DNA from: a virus
Taxonomy: Duplodnaviria > Heunggongvirae > Uroviricota > Caudoviricetes
Strand: one strand, 5' to 3'
Length of the DNA: 10,810 nt
Virus record (IMG/VR): IMGVR_UViG_2917886563_000002
In this document: piece by piece, positions 1 to 6,191 of the stretch
Layout: every line of letters begins with the position of its first letter
Numbering within the stretch: the first letter of the stretch is position 1
Position numbers and translations under genes: made by a program
Notes under the pieces: model-generated
Seen by the model: the letters and a program-made list of their open reading frames with translations, nothing else
Databases searched by the model: none
What the model was told of the DNA's origin: nothing

Positions 1-470
<470 letters not shown>

Positions 471-507
471 AATGTCACCTGTTTTGACTATGAGGTGATG
501 ATATCAC

Positions 508-543
508 CTCTATTCAGGTGGCCAAATTTACTATGCCACTACA
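508..543 (-). repeat. Terminal inverted repeat of the IS911-like element (outer end at 543)
   Basis: Lies upstream of the OrfA start; outer end TG (minus) / CA (plus) at 542-543; internal GAGGTGAT/ATCACCTC palindrome at 492-510. Confidence 0.7.
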
Positions 544-599
544 AATAAAACTATATTAGATTATTAATTAGATCATAATAATAATATTCTTTATATCTA

Positions 600-790
600 T
601 ATATATGATCTTTTGCCTTCCGGCGTTAGCTTCACTCCCTGGCAAGCAGCCTTACTCCGCTACCTTTGGGCTACGTTGGCTGGCCCGTTCCGCTCACACC
701 GAAAGCAAAGCGTTACTTTCTTCGTGTAACTATCGTGGCGGTAACGCCCACGAAGAAATACTATTGCGCTGTGCGCAGTAAGAGTAATCA
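600..790. other. GC-richer non-coding segment with nested inverted repeats, unassigned (candidate structured RNA or remnant of a disrupted locus)
   Basis: No ORF of useful length on either strand; local G+C clearly higher than the surrounding AT-rich DNA; contains the 10-bp arm inverted repeat at 713-762. Confidence 0.3.
713..762. repeat. Perfect 10-bp inverted repeat TTTCTTCGTG ... CACGAAGAAA with 30-nt spacer
   Basis: Read directly: tttcttcgtg at 713-722 and cacgaagaaa at 753-762. Confidence 0.7.
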
Positions 791-893
791 CCTAACCAAT
801 CATACTGATTGCTTACGTGTTAACTCTCTCTAACTCTTAATTACCCTCCTACATTTAATAACTCTCGTTATTCTCTGTAGTCGTGTAATTGTT

Positions 894-925
894 TTCGGTG
901 GAAAAGCCAGAGGCGACACCGAAAG
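894..925. repeat. 8-bp inverted repeat TTTCGGTG ... CACCGAAA, related in sequence to the 713-762 hairpin arms
   Basis: tttcggtg at 894-901 and caccgaaa at 918-925; the decamer ACACCGAAAG occurs at 696-705 and again at 916-925. Confidence 0.6.
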
Positions 926-934
926 AGAATTCTG

Positions 935-1000
935 ATCTTATTAATCTTATCTATCTTAGTTAATCTTCTTACTTATCTTACTTACTTTATCTACTTTATT
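935..1000 (+). repeat. Pyrimidine-rich tract with periodic ATCTTA hexamers (iteron-like array)
   Basis: ATCTTA at 935, 944, 953 and 975, with degenerate copies (ATCTTC, CTTACT, ATCTAC) between and after; spacing of 9 bp for the first three. Confidence 0.5.
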
Positions 1001-1507
1001 ATTAATAATAGCTTTATAAGCTCTGTGTAGCTCTCTGACGCAAGAAACAGCATTCAGGAAGGGAATCACCTTAGAAAAGGTGTTCTTTGCGTCATAATGT
1101 GTTTTATGAAGGATTCAGAGGTGTTTCATAACAGGAATGTATAGAGGATACTTTAATTAATTAAAAATAAGGGGTCTAAATGCTTCTCTAACAGCATTAA
1201 GCAGGGTAGGGAATGGAAACGCATTGTCTACATATAATAAGCTCACTACAGAGCTTTACAGAGCGTTTTTATAAAGTGACTCTCTATCTTATATCTACCA
1301 TTACCTTTTCATATACCTAACAAATACAAAATAAGCCCCTTAAATAAGCCTCTGGCGAGCTAAACAGCCATTACATAAGGGAATGTATTGCTTTTATCAA
1401 AATCTCGTTATAACGCGTTTTAGACAATAATGAAGAATGGCACTACACAGAAGAGCACGAGTTGCTCGTAAGTGCATGAAAAAGATCGATTTTTTTCGGA
1501 AGGGGTA

Positions 1508-1536
1508 TTGACAAACGTCTCTTTCTGTGCAATAAT
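1508..1536 (+). promoter_or_regulatory. Sigma70-type promoter candidate (TTGACA, 17-bp spacer, TGcAATAAT extended -10)
   Basis: ttgaca at 1508-1513; aataat at 1531-1536 preceded by tg at 1528-1529; AT-rich upstream; imperfect palindrome GCACGAGttgCTCGTaaGTGC at 1455-1475. Confidence 0.55.
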
Positions 1537-1590
1537 AGGAATTAGAGGGGACAGGAATAGATTCTTATCCTCTAAATAATTAAACCAATG

Positions 1591-1634
1591 CACCGCACTT
1601 TGAAGCCCAAGGCTTGCAAGGTGTTTTTTCTTTT
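1591..1634 (+). terminator. GC-rich stem-loop followed by T6CT4 run in the 5' leader of the first cargo gene (intrinsic terminator or attenuator candidate)
   Basis: CACCGCA...TGCaaGGTG pairing at 1591-1623 with inner AAGCC/GGCTT hairpin, then ttttttctttt at 1624-1634; lies between the 1508-1536 promoter and the SD at 1648-1654. Confidence 0.45.
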
Positions 1635-1661
1635 AACCAAATAGAATAAGGAGGCTAATTA

Positions 1662-1838
1662 ATGAAATATTTTACTCCACAGGATGTAGTAGAAGCCTGG
1701 AAACGTGGTGAGATCAACCGCTTTAAAGTAAGGATGTATAGAAACACCGCTCGCCGTTGTGGTTATCCAGAGCGTGAAAAATGTTTTGACGATGCACTGA
1801 AAATTATTGATGAACTGCGTAAAGCTGAGAAAGAATAA
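1662..1838 (+). CDS. Small basic hypothetical protein (58 aa), absent from the supplied ORF track
   Basis: ATG at 1662 preceded by AAGGAGG (1648-1654); hand translation MKYFTPQDVVEAWKRGEINRFKVRMYRNTARRCGYPEREKCFDDALKIIDELRKAEKE, stop TAA at 1836-1838. Confidence 0.6.
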   Translation: MKYFTPQDVVEAWKRGEINRFKVRMYRNTARRCGYPEREKCFDDALKIIDELRKAEKE

Positions 1839-1860
1839 TAGACAAGAGAAGGAGAAAACT

Positions 1861-2028
1861 ATGAGCGAAACTAAGAAACCAATTCCGCGCACTTACCTAC
1901 ACGTTGACCCTGAAATCTTCAAGGTTTTATTTGCTGAAGCCAAGAAAAGGCAAATTATGGTCAGTGATTTGATGTTAGAAATCATTACTGAAGCAGCAGA
2001 GAACATCAAACAAAAAAAGGGTAAGTGA
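1861..2028 (+). CDS. Small DNA-binding protein, ribbon-helix-helix-like (55 aa)
   Basis: ATG at 1861 with GAAGGAGA SD 5 nt upstream (the track's 1807 start lacks an SD). MSETKKPIPRTYLHVDPEIFKVLFAEAKKRQIMVSDLMLEIITEAAENIKQKKGK shows a polar/hydrophobic alternating strand (RTYLHV) followed by two helices, the RHH pattern. Confidence 0.6.
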   Translation: MSETKKPIPRTYLHVDPEIFKVLFAEAKKRQIMVSDLMLEIITEAAENIKQKKGK

Positions 2029-2079
2029 TCCTCATTCACTTTAGTAGCGCATTAAGCGTGATTTATAAGGAGATTTTTA

Positions 2080-2769
2080 ATGATTAATCAACTAACTTTT
2101 ACAAAACACTATGACACGTTTGATAATGTATCAAAGATTTATTCTGATAAATTCCCTCAAGGAAAAGATTTAGATCTATTACATATTGTGCTTTATTTTC
2201 GATTCCTTAGTTATCAGGAAAACAACCTTAATTGTTATGAAAGTCACGAAACATTAGCTAAGATTTTTAAGTCTTCAGCGTCAACAATTAAACGTAAGAT
2301 AAACGATCTTAAAGAGATGGGATTATTAGAAACATCCCCACATCCTGATCCGTATATTTCATCTTTGATTTACAATGCTCTCCCTCTCACAGATGCACAT
2401 ATTACTCCCCCAGGAGAATCATCACTCTCTGATCTTTCTGAGGCAGAAGAAGCACAGGAACAACCTAAAGGCCATAAACAGCCTTCTTTTGATGCTCTTG
2501 ATGATTGGGATACGCCTTTACCCTGGGAGATGGAAGAAACACCTGTTTCATCAAGTGAAAAGGTAGCTAATGATAATGAGGAGGATGTGTTAAAGAATTT
2601 TGCCTCTCTTATCATCCAGGAGAAACACACAAGAACAGGAGGAGCATCATTTATTGAGTTTGCAAATTCACTAGCTTGTAGATACGGGCTAAAACGACCA
2701 AATGGTATTGAGGCATATTTTGCTAAGAAACATCCCAAAGTATATGAAGACTTTGATATTCCATTTTAA
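2080..2769 (+). CDS. Hypothetical protein with N-terminal winged-HTH-like domain, acidic Pro-rich linker and C-terminal domain (229 aa)
   Basis: SD AAGGAG 7 nt upstream; N-terminus ...LHIVLYFRFLSYQENNLNCYESHETLAKIFKSSASTIKRKINDLKEMGLLE has the look of a wHTH of phage/plasmid replication or regulatory proteins. Confidence 0.8.
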   Translation: MINQLTFTKHYDTFDNVSKIYSDKFPQGKDLDLLHIVLYFRFLSYQENNLNCYESHETLAKIFKSSASTIKRKINDLKEMGLLETSPHPDPYISSLIYNALPLTDAHITPPGESSLSDLSEAEEAQEQPKGHKQPSFDALDDWDTPLPWEMEETPVSSSEKVANDNEEDVLKNFASLIIQEKHTRTGGASFIEFANSLACRYGLKRPNGIEAYFAKKHPKVYEDFDIPF

Positions 2770-2780
2770 TAAGGAGGGTT

Positions 2781-3059
2781 ATGATTCAATATTTAGTAAA
2801 AAATCAAGTAGACAGAATTCAGTGTAATGACACAGGAAAACGCATCTACGAGACACTTGCTTACCTCTATAAAGGAAAGCCAACACCGCTAAAATATAGC
2901 GATGTGTTACATCGAGCAGGTTGCTCTGAAGCTGGTTTAAAATTCTGGCTGAAACAGCTATCAGATTTCGGTGTTATAGAGATTAAAGAATTATCTTTCT
3001 CTACATTCAATCTCAAAAGATTAGATAAAGAAATAGACTTCATCTATTCCACTCTCTAA
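2781..3059 (+). CDS. Small winged-HTH-like protein (92 aa), paralogous in pattern to the N-domain of the 2080-2769 product
   Basis: SD AAGGAGGG immediately upstream; ...RIYETLAYLYKGKPTPLKYSDVLHRAGCSEAGLKFWLKQLSDFGVIEI. Confidence 0.7.
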   Translation: MIQYLVKNQVDRIQCNDTGKRIYETLAYLYKGKPTPLKYSDVLHRAGCSEAGLKFWLKQLSDFGVIEIKELSFSTFNLKRLDKEIDFIYSTL

Positions 3060-3100
3060 AATCTCTCTATGTAATTAAAATATAAAAGGAAAACATTATT

Positions 3101-3247
3101 ATGATAGTAGCTATGTATTGGTTATTGTTCTTTCTCACGTTAGAAGCATATTTCGGGGTGTTTTCCTTTAAAAGAAAAGGAAAAGTAAATGGCAAAAAGA
3201 AAAAAACAACGTTGTTAAGAAGATCGGTGATTCAGCTTCTCTTCTAA
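3101..3247 (+). CDS. Small predicted membrane peptide (48 aa): hydrophobic N-terminus, Lys/Arg-rich C-terminus; possibly the 5' part of a longer frameshifted gene
   Basis: ATG at 3101 with AAGGA about 10 nt upstream; hand translation MIVAMYWLLFFLTLEAYFGVFSFKRKGKVNGKKKKTTLLRRSVIQLLF; not in the ORF track. Confidence 0.4.
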   Translation: MIVAMYWLLFFLTLEAYFGVFSFKRKGKVNGKKKKTTLLRRSVIQLLF

Positions 3248-3360
3248 GTAAACCTAAATCTATTCTAAGACGCAAAGACTTTAAAGAGCTAGTTACGCTC
3301 ACCAAGCAAAATAGCGCCCCTGGCGAATGGAAAACAGAGATCATAGAACATTCTCCCTCT

Positions 3361-3600
3361 GTGCCTTGTGGAGATGAATTTAACGCCTTACAAGAAATCT
3401 TATCTTCAACACCTGGCGTATTCTGGAAACCCAGGAAAAGAAAAGAGTATATCGTTGATAGCTCTGATTTACGCAAATACCAGATTTTAGGATTTGAAGA
3501 TTATAATCACTACGTTGGTTATCTCGCTACCAATGGCCTAAATAATTTAGTTCCAGAATTCCAGATTTTAGATAATGCTGATCACTATGGAGACTTTTAA
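3361..3600 (+). CDS. Hypothetical protein fragment; this frame is open from 3172 with no ATG and is probably the downstream part of a gene starting at 3101
   Basis: Track ORF starts at GTG 3361 with no SD; the same frame is stop-free back to 3172 and overlaps the 3101-3247 ORF across an A-run at 3194-3206. Confidence 0.35.
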   Translation: MPCGDEFNALQEILSSTPGVFWKPRKRKEYIVDSSDLRKYQILGFEDYNHYVGYLATNGLNNLVPEFQILDNADHYGDF

Positions 3601-3601
3601 T

Positions 3602-3940
3602 ATGAACAAAAACACGTATGACACAATTTACTCACTAATTAATTATTATGAGGATGATTACCTCCTGCCTTTAAACCGCGCTGAACTTGAAGCATACAAA
3701 GAAAACACGCCAGCGGCACTAAATGAGGCGTTTAAACACTGGGATTTAGCTGTGAATGCCTTTGAGCACCTCTCTAAGCGTGTAGAGATGCTCTGTAAGC
3801 GCGAAAACGCATATCTGACAGCCGATCAGATATGGGAGCTATCAAACTGGATAGAAGATATTGAATCTGATGTTCGCTATGTAGGGGATGGCCTTGTTGA
3901 ACTCGCACAACGCTTAGGCGCTGCTATCACAGAAGAATAA
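3602..3940 (+). CDS. Acidic hypothetical protein (112 aa from ATG 3602; the track's 3575 start is less likely)
   Basis: GGAG at 3590-3593 sits 8 nt before ATG 3602; product MNKNTYDTIYSLINYYEDDYLLPLNRAELEAYKENTPAALNEAFKHWDLAVNAFEHLSK... is strongly net acidic by hand count (about 22 D/E against 10 K/R). Confidence 0.65.
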   Translation: MNKNTYDTIYSLINYYEDDYLLPLNRAELEAYKENTPAALNEAFKHWDLAVNAFEHLSKRVEMLCKRENAYLTADQIWELSNWIEDIESDVRYVGDGLVELAQRLGAAITEE

Positions 3941-3969
3941 AAAAAGCAACAAAAAAGTTGTAAAATATC

Positions 3970-3998
3970 TTGACATTTCATATATTGTATGTTAATAT
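3970..3998 (+). promoter_or_regulatory. Sigma70-type promoter candidate (TTGACA, 17-bp spacer, TGtTAATAT)
   Basis: ttgaca at 3970-3975; taatat at 3993-3998 preceded by tg at 3990-3991. Confidence 0.5.
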
Positions 3999-4132
3999 AA
4001 TTATATAGGGGTGATTATTTTTCCTTTATTGGTTCGATATTAAAAATTCTTCTTGTCGTTAAAGGGGAGTAAAATCTCCGCTCCCCGCTTCTCCTCCTTA
4101 AGTAATACTGTGTCATACCTCTTTTTTCCTTT

Positions 4133-4162
4133 GTTATGCATACATCTTGGAGTGTGCATAAC
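4133..4162. repeat. Inverted repeat GTTATGCA ... TGCATAAC (operator-like), with a third GTTATGCA copy at 4211-4218
   Basis: gttatgca at 4133-4140, tgcataac at 4155-4162, gttatgca at 4211-4218; adjacent palindrome CAACTTaaAAGTTG at 4217-4230. Confidence 0.6.
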
Positions 4163-4176
4163 ATAGGGTAATTACA

Positions 4177-4207
4177 AAGGCGGCTTTAAATGCTGCCTTT
4201 TATTTTG
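4177..4207 (+). terminator. Stem-loop followed by T-rich run (intrinsic terminator or attenuator candidate)
   Basis: AAGGCGGC (4177-4184) pairs with GCTGCCTT (4192-4199) with one G-T wobble, loop tttaaat, then ttattttg. Confidence 0.45.
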
Positions 4208-4268
4208 CCCGTTATGCAACTTAAAAGTTGTATTTCTTACTTTAAACAAGGTAACAAGGTTTATATAA

Positions 4269-4481
4269 ATGTTGTTCTTAAATGATAAAGAGCAAATCAT
4301 CAAGTATAAAGATGAAATGCTGCGAATTACTCCACAAATTACCGAAATGGTAGCTAAATACGCTGGGTGTTCTGTCGAGGAAGTAGAAAGATGTGTTGAA
4401 AAATATTTTTCTCCTTCTTCTCCGTCTACACCTTCCCTTAATGAATTAATCAAATTAAAAGCTAAGGAGATTACTAAATGA
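4269..4481 (+). CDS. Small acidic hypothetical protein (70 aa)
   Basis: Track ORF; weak SD (AAGG about 10 nt upstream); its stop overlaps the next start (ATGA at 4478-4481), suggesting translational coupling. Confidence 0.55.
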   Translation: MLFLNDKEQIIKYKDEMLRITPQITEMVAKYAGCSVEEVERCVEKYFSPSSPSTPSLNELIKLKAKEITK

Positions 4482-4840
4482 TTATTGATTTAGACACTCT
4501 TTTTCCAGTTCGAAAGACTTTCACAGATATTGTAAGTTACTGTACTGATCCGTTTGCTTCTGTAGAAAGCAAGGTTTTTGCTTCTCTTCCTGCTGATGTT
4601 GAATGCGGAGACTTGATCACCAGCACGGGCGCTAAATATGAATCAGGAGATGATATCTATGTTGTTATGAGTGAATTTGTAACGGCAGGAGAAAACAAGC
4701 CTGTAGATGTGCTACGTAGCAATGCTGGCCTTGTGTGCATTAAAGCTGATGCGCTGAATGCTGTAAGTGAAGCAGCAAAAACAGCATTAATTAAAAAAGG
4801 CTTCCAGCTTGAAGGCTTTAACACGGTTTTCACTTCTTAA
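4478..4840 (+). CDS. Hypothetical protein (120 aa)
   Basis: SD AAGGAGA at 4463-4469; overlapping stop-start with the upstream gene; no family recognised. Confidence 0.7.
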   Translation: MIIDLDTLFPVRKTFTDIVSYCTDPFASVESKVFASLPADVECGDLITSTGAKYESGDDIYVVMSEFVTAGENKPVDVLRSNAGLVCIKADALNAVSEAAKTALIKKGFQLEGFNTVFTS

Positions 4841-4858
4841 TAAAAGGAATAATAATAA

Positions 4859-5887
4859 ATGATTCTAGGTAATGATTACGTTGATTTAGCTCCGCTTTTC
4901 CAGACACACAGCACGCGTAACTTTCTGCTCTCTACCCTCGACTTCACTGATCCGGTGGGCGTTAGTTCTCATAAAGTAGCTGTTTCCCAGCTTGTCGAAA
5001 GCAACGAATCTCTCTTTAACAAAGAGACAAGCCGTTTTAGTTCTGAACACAATGTTACTAAGCGAGAACAAGGTAAAGAATGGCTGATTGAAATCCCGTA
5101 TTTTCTTCGTGAGGATGTGATCCGTCCTTCTGATGTTCAAGGCAAGCGTAAGCCTGGCACTGATTTTCAGGAAACACTTACTGATATCTATGCTGACTAT
5201 GTTGCTAAACACCACGTAGCGTATCAGCGTACAAAAGAGAGCGTGTTGGCGGCTTCTTTGTTCTCTGGCAAAACTTACACGCCTAAAACTGACGATGTGT
5301 TAATTGAGTGGGGCAAGCTGTTTAACGTATCAGCTATGAAAGCCACTGTTAACGCCTCCAGCACTGACACCACGAAGATTTTTAAAGAATTTGATCAGAT
5401 TGCTACTGACATTATCGAAAAAGCACAAAGCCAGGCGGCTGCTGTAGAGCGTATTGTTGTTTTCTGTAAGCCGGAAGCCTTCTCTGCAATTCGATTCTCT
5501 GCTGGTATGGCAAACGCATTCCAGTATGTAAGCCCACTGGAAGAGGGGAACGTTGTGTATCAGCGTCGTGACCTGCTACCAGGAGTGACAGCGTTCACTA
5601 TTCCAGGAACTAACATTGATGTTGTTAAACTGGTAGATCCGCTACACCTGGCACATATGACCGCAGACGCTGTAGCTGTGCCTAAATTCGCTAAAGGCTC
5701 TAACGTATATCAGAACATTTACGGGGCTGCTTCCAGCACTTTTGAACTGATTAATGCCGCTCCTGCTGAGGTGTATAGCTATAGCTATGAATCTTCTCGT
5801 GGTGATGCTGTTAACGTTGTTACAGAGAATAGCCAGATGGTGGTAAACCACGGCGTTGGCTTCTCCGTTCAAATCACTGTTAAATAA
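4859..5887 (+). CDS. Hypothetical protein (342 aa); candidate structural (capsid-like) protein, unverified
   Basis: SD AAGGA upstream; long ORF with protein-like composition and no signal peptide; followed by the strongest terminator in the window; paired with a 120-aa upstream gene. Confidence 0.8.
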   Translation: MILGNDYVDLAPLFQTHSTRNFLLSTLDFTDPVGVSSHKVAVSQLVESNESLFNKETSRFSSEHNVTKREQGKEWLIEIPYFLREDVIRPSDVQGKRKPGTDFQETLTDIYADYVAKHHVAYQRTKESVLAASLFSGKTYTPKTDDVLIEWGKLFNVSAMKATVNASSTDTTKIFKEFDQIATDIIEKAQSQAAAVERIVVFCKPEAFSAIRFSAGMANAFQYVSPLEEGNVVYQRRDLLPGVTAFTIPGTNIDVVKLVDPLHLAHMTADAVAVPKFAKGSNVYQNIYGAASSTFELINAAPAEVYSYSYESSRGDAVNVVTENSQMVVNHGVGFSVQITVK

Positions 5888-5905
5888 TATTTTAACGTGT
5901 AATAG

Positions 5906-5945
5906 AGGCGTGGCGTGTATTCACGCTTCGCCTTTTTTTATTTAT
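5906..5945 (+). terminator. Rho-independent terminator
   Basis: AGGCGTGGCGTG (5906-5917), loop tatt, CACGCTTCGCCT (5922-5933), then ttttttatttatttttt. Confidence 0.75.
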
Positions 5946-5973
5946 TTTTTAAGTTTTGAGAGGTGATTAAAAT

Positions 5974-6177
5974 ATGGAAGTGATTTTGAAATCAAAAAAT
6001 GGTGTACACGTACATTTAGATGCTAATGATTCTAGAGGCTTGTTAAATCTGAAATATCTATGTTCTCTTTTAGATGTTCCCTATGAAGGCGTAAAAGCCC
6101 GTATGTTCAGATTAAACGAGAGTATTGATCAGGCTCTACACCATTTCTTAAGCAAAGAAGGTGGTAAAAATGATTAA
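5974..6177 (+). CDS. Small hypothetical protein (67 aa)
   Basis: SD GAGGTGA 7 nt upstream of ATG 5974; stop 6 nt before the SD of the next gene. Confidence 0.6.
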   Translation: MEVILKSKNGVHVHLDANDSRGLLNLKYLCSLLDVPYEGVKARMFRLNESIDQALHHFLSKEGGKND

Positions 6178-6191
6178 TAAGGGGATTTTAA

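Noticed and set aside
1763-1769. DnaA-box-like TTATCCA
   Set aside because: Single partial match inside a coding region; not clustered.
1659-1892. Minus-strand 77-aa ORF
   Set aside because: Overlaps two SD-led plus-strand genes; hydrophobic low-complexity translation typical of the reverse strand of AT-rich coding DNA.
2370-2738. Minus-strand 122-aa ORF and plus-strand 63-aa ORF (2375-2566) inside the 229-aa gene
   Set aside because: Embedded in a better-supported gene; Ser/Cys-rich composition, no SD.
3168-3476. Minus-strand 102-aa ORF
   Set aside because: Low-complexity translation, no SD, antisense to the plus-strand frames discussed as a split gene.
4172-4453. Minus-strand 93-aa ORF across the control region and the 70-aa gene
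   Set aside because: No SD; overlaps the plus-strand terminator-like hairpin and a coupled plus-strand gene.
5200-5290. Walker A-like string AASLFSGKT in the 342-aa protein
   Set aside because: Matches the loose [AG]x4GK[ST] pattern, but has no preceding hydrophobic strand and no plausible Walker B motif; most likely chance.
4478-5887. Direct identification of the 120-aa and 342-aa pair as lambda gpD and gpE homologues
   Set aside because: Only the sizes and gene order match; I could see no convincing sequence similarity to the lambda proteins as recalled, so this stays an analogy, not an annotation.
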